Of a DNA stretch of 64,000 nt, positions 55,801 to 64,000 are shown piece after piece (positions within the stretch are counted from its first letter, which is position 1; the number at the start of each line of letters is the position of its first letter). The stretch covers positions 31,930,001 through 31,994,000 of the forward strand of contig CM022665.1 in the NCBI GenBank assembly GCA_012295275.1, in the 5' to 3' direction. The notes under the pieces are model-generated. The model worked only from the letters and a program-made list of their open reading frames with translations. It ran no database searches and had not been told where the DNA came from. Source of the DNA: Chrysomallon squamiferum. Lineage: Eukaryota; Animalia; Mollusca. Made by a program: the position numbers and the translations under genes.

Positions 55801-56204
55801 TTATCTGCAGTGTATGGACTGTTGTGTGGATTATTGTGCTGTGTGTTAAAGCTGTCCTGAAGACAAGGAGGAGATGAGAGTGGTAGAAAGTTTAAAAGTG
55901 TGTGGCTCTGTTATTTCAGGTGTGGACAGATCTGTGTTTTGACATGTTGCTTCTTTTCAACACTAGATAAAACTTGTGTATTTCTAATCAACTCTGTGCA
56001 GTAAAACACACTTTGTATTTTTACAGCTGATTACACTGTATTTTTTTCATTTTCTTCTTTTTCCACTTTTTTGTCTTCTTCATTCATCCACTGGAAAGTT
56101 TGGAAATTATATTTTCCCATGTACAATGCATTAGGAACATTCGTAGAATAATTACCAAGTTTCTAAATGTTTTTGTTTTAAGAAAAAGCTCTTTCGATTT
56201 ACCA

Positions 56205-56375
56205 AAATGCAATTTACATCTAATAACAGTTCTGAAATAAATCAAGTTTTTGTCATTAGCAAATGCTTAAAACTAAGCCAAAAAATTCTAGATGATTATT
56301 ACATACTGCAATATTCACAGCTTTCGGAAATGTAATTTACATCTAATAACAATTTTGAAATAAATCAAGTTTTTG
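56205..56375. repeat. Local 48-bp direct duplication
   Basis: aaatgcaatttacatctaataacagttctgaaataaatcaagtttttg (56205-56252) versus aaatgtaatttacatctaataacaattttgaaataaatcaagtttttg (56328-56375), 3 mismatches. Confidence 0.85.
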
Positions 56376-57899
56376 ACATAATAGAAGACTTTTGTTTGTA
56401 AGCAAACATTCTGTTTGGTTTTTATGTATCAAAACAGTCCCCTTTAAGCATTACAGTAAGGCTGTGTAAGTATACCCTTGTTTAATGACATTTCAGAATT
56501 ACTTAGCTTGATCTATAATTTTAAGACAGTGCAATCACTATAGCTCAAAGGGTTACTCCTACCAAGAGTCCAACATGAAAACTACAAGTGAAATGATTTT
56601 TACATTTTCATATGTAAAATAACTACTTCATCCAACAAAATAAATTTTATATATTAAAAGCTAGGTTATCTAAAGGACAGATATTTTCTATCAGTCATAA
56701 ATTTTATGAATGTTATTTCCAAAATATTGCCACAAAACACATGAATACAATATTTAATCTTCTCATTCAATGGATATAAATCATGATGTGTATTTTACAT
56801 GGAATCTATGTATACCACTAAGTGTATGCCAGATTTCCCTGGAGTATACAAAAACAGGAAAATGAAATAAACTTCCTTTCCCCATCTTCATAAAAAAAAT
56901 TAAAAACAGGAAAATATGAAAAAAGGAATGAAAACATGTTTAAAAAAATGGAGCTTAAATGCAGATAACAAGATTGTTGGGAATGATAGTGTCTTTTTTT
57001 TTTCTACAAATGAATACTCTGAAGGTGAGCATAATGCTGCTCACATATTCTTTATTAATCTTCTAAAATTTAATAATAAAGAAAATAAACCTTATCTTGA
57101 TGAAAGTTTCCAAAAATAAAAAGAAGCTACTGCTAATGTCATGATTTGTGTAACATAGTTCACCGATTTATTTGCAGTGAAGTACCTTGCAGCTCAATGG
57201 ATTTTAAAACATATTTTTGCAATCTACTGAATATGAGCTTTCTCACACAATATATACATATTTTTTACAGCTGAAACAGATCATCAGCACAAGATTTTAA
57301 ATTGCACATTATTTTATACTTGAAATTCATCACTGAAGTGAGCTTATGCTTAGTTTTATTTTCATATTCTTACTGATTTAAAGAATATGTGTGCAATATG
57401 TTTGTCATCGAGTTAAATGAAGTATTATTTTTGTTTAACATTAATGTGTCAAAGGATGCCCACTGCTGTCTGTTTATCTTGATCAGTGCCTTAATATATA
57501 CAAATTAATTTGTCTGCAATGGGGGAATAATCTCATGTTTTAAACCAAATCACATTTGGACTATTAATGATTTATCTAGATAAATATCTCTATTTATCTA
57601 TACACAGACAGAAAGATAGATGAATTTATTTAATGGCTATACAGCACAGAAAAAATGATATTATTTTGTTTTGTGATCGTATTATAATATTATTGTTATA
57701 TCTGTTATTTTTGCAAAGTTTCATAATCTTCATTTTATGTTGAAAAAATACCAAATATATATTTATCTATCCATATTTATCTGTTTTTATTTTAAACTGT
57801 TTCCCAGTCTTGATTTTTGAAAGGTATATGGAATATTTGTTTAACTAACAAATCGATCCATCTATTCATGTGTGTGTGTGTGTGTGATATCATATCTTA

Positions 57900-58045
57900 T
57901 CATCCAGTCCATCCATCCACTGATCAACAGTATAATCGATCCATCTATCCTTTCTTCTGTCAATCCTTCAATCCATCCTCTTTCCATCCATCCATCCATC
58001 TTTCTATCCATCCATCCTTCTAACCATCTATCCAATCATCTCTCT
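57900..58045. repeat. Degenerate (CCAT)n tract next to exon A
   Basis: ccatccatccatccatc and variants. Confidence 0.8.
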
Positions 58046-58106
58046 CTATGTATATGTGATATATAGCAAAATGAAAACTGCTGAGTTAAATGTAAAATGC
58101 ACTCAC

Positions 58107-58224
58107 TGACTGCCTCGATGACGTCAGCTAGGAGTACACCATCTGTCACATCGGACTGCAGATCTGTGATGAATCGCTTGTTCCGCGCCTTCTCCAAATA
58201 ATGATTGGCCCAGTCAGTATATAT
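58107..58224 (-). CDS. NAV2: Neuron navigator homolog, CH-domain exon A (118 nt, phase 0->1): IYTDWANHYLEKARNKRFITDLQSDVTDGVLLADVIEAV
   Basis: Minus strand acceptor ttttctttcag|ATATAT and donor GTCA|gtgagt. The peptide matches the NAV/sickie/UNC-53 CH-domain start (IYTDWANHYL...DLQ.DVTDGVLLA). The NAV2 versus NAV3 label cannot be resolved; invertebrates typically have a single NAV gene. Confidence 0.96.
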
Positions 58225-59519
58225 CTGAAAGAAAAATAAACATACAATATTCAGGTAAATCATCCACAATTCAAATATTTATTTTACCCTTTTTATTATT
58301 ATTATTTTATTTTTTTTACATGTGATAAAAGTAAAATTTGGTGAAAATATTTTTTTTTACTTTAGAATGCTACCAGAATTCATGTAAAATGCCAGATTTC
58401 AAACTGTCATCATTTTGACATGTAAGTGGTCAGTAATGGTGAGTATTTATGATTAACAAACAGCACCAGACACTAAAACAAATTGTGTAGTCTGTCTAAA
58501 ACTGGCATCCAGCTGTTTAAACCAAACTTCTCTTTACAGCCTCCTAGTTCTTCTACTTAACCCACTTTTGATAGAAAAGATTCACTACACTAAGAAAAAT
58601 ACGAAATAAATATACAAAATTAATTAATTCAAATTCAGTGTCACTTTATTTTATACAGTACTAAAAAAACCCATTGCATTCTAATCATATTATTAAAGAA
58701 TAAAACTGAAGATAAGAGAATGTGCTTGTTATTTTGATTGTTTTTTTTTTGTTTGTTTTTTGTTTTATAACAAGTAACATATTTCCAATAACATACATTT
58801 TATTGCCTAAAAGAAAGAAGGAAATTTGTATCACATTTATTAACTAAACCTGATGTGTGTGTTCACAACTGTATGTTAAATTAGGATTGTAGTGTATTAT
58901 CTATAACCAATTTTTACTATGTTATACAGGCCAACAGGATAATGTCTTAAACTTCACGATCAGTTGCATGGGTGAATCTCATCTGAGATTCACAAGCACA
59001 ACTAATCATGAGATTGAGGACATTATTCTACTTAAAACTAAACACTCACCATATTGTCCTACTAACTAACATGCAATGAAAAACAAAACATACTGTTGAC
59101 TGAAATTGACAAAAATTAAAGAAGAAAAATATTTTGTGCATGATTGTGTTGGTATTGTTGAACCTTTGCTGTCAAGTGGTAATTAAAGGCCTCAAACAGT
59201 TCAAGCTCAGATAATGCTGAAGTATTCAAGTGCTTCTGTGTACATTATTCAACAAACTGAGGCTTGGGGAATTATTTGAGATGTAGCAAATAATGTTAAT
59301 TTGTGTTATATATATGTCTGAAAACTTTGAATCATAACTATAAGTACCAGCTGGAACTCTGACAGTTTTACTGAGATTGCTAAAGCAGACTGCTGTAAAG
59401 TACTAAGAACTGCAGACATAAATCAGCTAAAAGCATCAAAGTGTAGGGCATGTGTATTTTGCATATTTAAACATATGTGTGTATTTATATGTATTCATGA
59501 ATGCTCTTATCTTTGATCT

Positions 59520-59895
59520 TTGTGTTTGTGTTCTTGTATATATGTAAGTATGTATGTATGTATGTATGTACGTATGCATGTATGTATGCATATGTCTGTG
59601 TTTTTTTATGTGTCTTGTGTTTATATAATTATGTATCTACATAATCTGTGTTTGTATGTAAATATGCACACATGTATGTATCTTTGGGGTATCTTTGTAT
59701 ATCTGCACATCTATGTTTGTATCTATATGTATGTATTTGTGTTGGTTTGTATCTATGAAATGTGTGTTTATACTTGTATATATTTGTATATGTGCATGTC
59801 TATTACATGTGTCTGCATTTGTTTATTTGTATATTTGTTTCTATGAAATGTGTGTATGTATGTCTATGATGCGTGCATATATTTGTGTATGCATG
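59520..59895. repeat. Degenerate (TATG)n/(TG)n tract
   Basis: Seen directly; explains ORFs 59520-59846 and 59695-59988. Confidence 0.8.
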
Positions 59896-62800
59896 CAAGA
59901 TTCTTACTATTTTTATCATCTTCTCTGTCCTCTGAACAACTTAAAATATTCTTCTGATAAGGAAAATATCTTCCAATGTGTTAGTTGAATATGCTGCAGT
60001 ATTTTTCAACAATTGATAAAAACACATAGATCAATAAAAACATGTAACAGGTGTCTCATATTTCTATACTGATCTCAGTACAGATATACACAATGTAGAA
60101 AATAGGACAAGCTATTTAATTAATAAATATGGCTGTCAAGATCATTTAAAATAATCTTAATAAATATTAATTCACTCAAATCCTTAATTTTTTTCTTTTT
60201 CTAGCCAAATCTAAGGATAAAAAGCAAACAAAAACAAATAACATTTAACTTGGTAAATATGCAGATGAAAGATTTTAATTTTTAAATCTGGTATTTTTTC
60301 TGCTAAAAGAACAAATATGATTTTAAGCTTAAAATGAAATAATTACACACAGCAGGAATGAACAAATATTTAAACCATACCTATATCAGAATAAATTCAT
60401 AAACGTTTTTACACATACTCAAATGAATATATATAAATTGCCACAAATTCTCACTTTGACATCTGACGTTTTTTATTATAATAAACAGAAGTGTTTTTTT
60501 AATATATCAGTCTGTTTAAAAGCTTCATTTTTTAAGCCAAGAGAGCAGTTTTGTCATCTGTAATTACATAACCATTTTATTTTGTTCCAAACTTATGTAT
60601 ATGTCCAACACTGCTGTTACAACTCTGAATATTCTGCTGGTGAGTGCAGCCAAAAAAAAAAAAAAAAAAAGAAAGAAAGAAAGAAAAAAAAAAGAACGAG
60701 AGGAAAATCAAAACCCATTTAACATTTGTACCTGTGTCTTAATCCAGTGTATTCAATGTTAAGACAGAGACAGAAAGGACAAAAGAGATTGCCAAAAAAA
60801 AAAAGGAAAACAAATTTGAAGTGAGAGACAGAGAGTATCAGGTGGTAAATCTGTTCTAAATCAGGTGGGGTTTTTTTCTTCTTCTTCTTTCTTTTTTTTG
60901 CAGACAGGGTCTTAATAGCATGAAACTTTATTTAAATAGCAGGTGTTTTTTGCCATGTGCTGACTATTATTTACATCAGTGATTTTGGAACAAATTGTAG
61001 AAGCTTATTTTCTATCAGGTTGATGGATGAAGGAAAGACAAGGAATGTTTATTGATGCCTCAGCTGTTAAATCTCAAACTCTTTACTGATTCTAACTTTG
61101 GTGCTCAGTGAAAAGAAAACTGGCAATGTCACATATGGTTCTCCTGGATTAGAGGCAGAGGTTATGATGCACTACATTTATGGCAGAAAATAGATAAATC
61201 TTTGAATTAATGGCTTGGAACAGAGGTTGTTAGAATGGGATTTAATGTAAGAGATTCTTGTTTAGCCATTTTTGTCATGTACATCTCCTCAGAACTCTAT
61301 GGTCATCAGTGATATATTTTAATGACATTAAAAACAAATTTAAAAATAATAAAATAAATAAAAAATCATTTTGAATTGTTCATGAAATACAAAACATTAG
61401 AATATATCATGTATAATATTATAAAGGAAAATTAATAAATTATTTTCCTTATTAAAATTACTTATTAAAAGTATTTTCATCTCCTACTTGCAAAACTTAA
61501 TACAAATAAATAAAACAATAATCCATAAATCTGTTAATAACCCACCTACCTTTGATTTAAATCTGTCATTGAACATTCCATGAACATTTCTATTATTAGC
61601 AGCAGCCATAGTGAAATTCAATACTTGCTTAATAATCTTCAAATATTGTATGAGTTTAAAATATTTTTTTTTTTTTAATCTCTCTCTTTCAAAGCTTTAA
61701 ATCAAGAGATGAAAGAAAATCAATTCAGTTTATCCTTCACTCATGTACCACAATGAAGAAGAATATTTTAATATTAATGAAAAAGCATGTCATATAGTAA
61801 GATATTGCTGCTGTCCTGTGTGTATGAAACATGTTTAAAAAAGCCTTTGTTATCCAGTGATACAATATACATCTGTTGTTATGATGATATTTGTTTATGA
61901 AATAGCATAAGCCTGGTGTGGCAACCAACTGTTCAAGTCAACAACATTGCAACTTCATAGTAAAGGTGATAAAATTCCCTGCAGCTTAGAATACTTGAGT
62001 CAGGCATTTTAAGGATTTTTGGAGAGGGTTATTTTCTTTTGAGTCTTATATTTTCATGTTTTGGAGGTCCTGTTTTCAGTTCATCACATTAGAAATTATC
62101 AGTTTAAAACTGATATGAAATCAATAATCCCTTTCTCTTGTGTTTGTTAATATCCTACCAAGTGAAATAAAGTTCACTTCACTTTAATACATTTCACATT
62201 TTCATTTAAGAAAAAGTACACTTCATGATCTCCGTTTTGTGTGCAAATAACAACCTTGACCTTTTTGTGTTTACACACTAGGAATGAATTCTTAGTTTTA
62301 AGTAACAGTTTCATTATTACTATCCAAATATGCTCTTCACTTAACTATTTTTACTTAATAAAACACTCACATTATTACATGAAAACATCCATATATTGTT
62401 CATGGCCAATACTGACATATGATGCTGGTGCTTCTGTCTTATTCCATTATAACCAAAACATTCAGTTTCCTACTGCTGCAGAAATAACATTGTCAACAAA
62501 ACAGAATTATTATTATTATTATTAAAATATTCACATTATACTCAGCTCACTTCAAAGTGAAAATTTAATGACTTTGCATCATGCAAGTCAATATGCTTAT
62601 AGCACACACAACCTATGGGACAACCATGGCTGTTCACAGCTCAATATTGTAATAAAAATCTTTACTCAAAAACTTCTCAGAGAATAAAGCAACATTTCCA
62701 TGACTGGGATGAAATATTCATTATCTATACACCTGCAGTAACCCATTTCTCACAACATTTATCATTGATATGCATGCATACTTCAACAATAACCATCTAG

Positions 62801-64000
62801 TAACTCTCCAAGCATATCTCCTGGCACATAAAAACAAATGGTAAAAAAACCAAAAAAAACATCTATGAAACCTTGGACAAGAGAACTGGCCAAAGCTTTT
62901 CACCTGTTATCACCTTTCTCAGACCAAGGAGAGCATGGCATTAGTGTATATACATATCATAAAATCTGCAGGCCAAAAAAAAATATATCATGATGGGCCA
63001 AGGAAATGTCTGTAATACTCTATCATACACTGAAAATGCTACTGTGGTACATAATTCAAGGTTACTTATTTGTAATAGTCTGTTAACATTCCTACTATAA
63101 GGATCATTGGTAATGTTGAGTGCAAATGCATTACTGAACCAGTGACATAAGTACATCTTCAATAATACCTGGTCTCAGAGTTCACATCAATGGCTTCTTA
63201 TTATTAGCACTGAATATATTATGAGTATACCTCAGAGACACAATGAATATCATTATATGTTGTCAGTTCCAGCAGATAACGTTGTTGTAGAATTATGTCA
63301 GTTCTAGTAAACAGTGTTGTTGTAGAATGTTGTAACATCAGTCAGAATGCTGTGTGGTTGGACATCATAATGTTAAAAGTGACATATAAACCTGTTATGT
63401 CACACTGCTGATAGATACAACATAAATGCTGTCTCTACTCAAAGCAGAATGCTGTCATGAAATGCTGACTGCACAGTTACACAAAACAGTGTTGTCTTTT
63501 CAACTGAATTATTAAGCCATGAAAACAATGAAAATAATTATTAATTGTTTAAAAAAAATTATTTATTATTTTCATCAAAATAACTGCTGCCTTGCAAAAA
63601 AAATTGTGGAATTTAGCTCTCTAACAAGATAATAAATATTTTTTTAAAAACCATTATGGAAATATTCCAGTTAGCTGATCACAAACATTATTTGAAAAAA
63701 TGGCTCTTTTCTTTTGAAATACTAGCAGGATTCTGTCAACATATAATCAATTGCATCCAAATCACTGATTACATAAACTCCATTTTCTTCAATGTGCAGT
63801 GGGATGTAATCATAGCAATCATGATGTGAATGCTAATTTTTAGGATCCAGACAATCTCAGAATATGAAGAAAAATTCATTTATACTCCTACACAAAGCAC
63901 AAAATACCTACAAATATTTATAAAGCTATTTTGGCTACATATTACCAAAATCAATTTTAAATTATCATTGAACATATATAGAAGTACATTTCCAAGAATT

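Noticed and set aside
58119-58126. Perfect CRE palindrome TGACGTCA
   Set aside because: It lies within exon A codons (A-D-V-I) and is explained by coding sequence.
58036-58269. The ORF as a standalone 77-aa gene
   Set aside because: Only 58107-58224 is NAV-like and it is bounded by splice sites; the flanking residues are intron read-through.
1777-63162. The ~70 short ORFs of the supplied track as protein-coding genes
   Set aside because: Apart from 58036-58269, which overlaps exon A, they are short F/I/L/Y/C- or H/T-rich translations of AT-rich DNA and microsatellites with no recognisable domain.

Overview
This is AT-rich, CpG-depleted, microsatellite-laden animal genomic DNA, probably from an invertebrate (a mollusc is an inference), and not prokaryotic. 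The window lies inside one large minus-strand gene, a Neuron navigator (NAV2/NAV3, sickie, unc-53) homolog. Five in-frame exons were recovered by hand: 58224-58107, 40228-40176, 16288-16216, 14210-13991 and 3290-3097. They total 658 nt and encode the N-terminal calponin-homology (CH) domain plus a Ser/Thr/Gln/Asn-rich linker, separated by GT-AG introns of 17.9, 23.9, 2.0 and 10.7 kb. Only one of these exons shows up in the supplied ORF track; the other listed ORFs look spurious. The introns hold a Tc2/pogo-type MITE (47042-47856) and a DNA-transposon cluster at 51.0-55.3 kb. That cluster contains three copies of a repeat-tipped element in +/-/+ orientation forming a foldback, and a GG..CC element with an exact 8-bp target-site duplication that carries a nested Tigger-like derivative. 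There are also several degenerate minisatellites and a candidate enhancer with a consensus RFX X-box. I found no convincing evidence of a wholly new biological system; the best leads are the nested/foldback transposon cluster, candidate alternative first exons and candidate regulatory elements.
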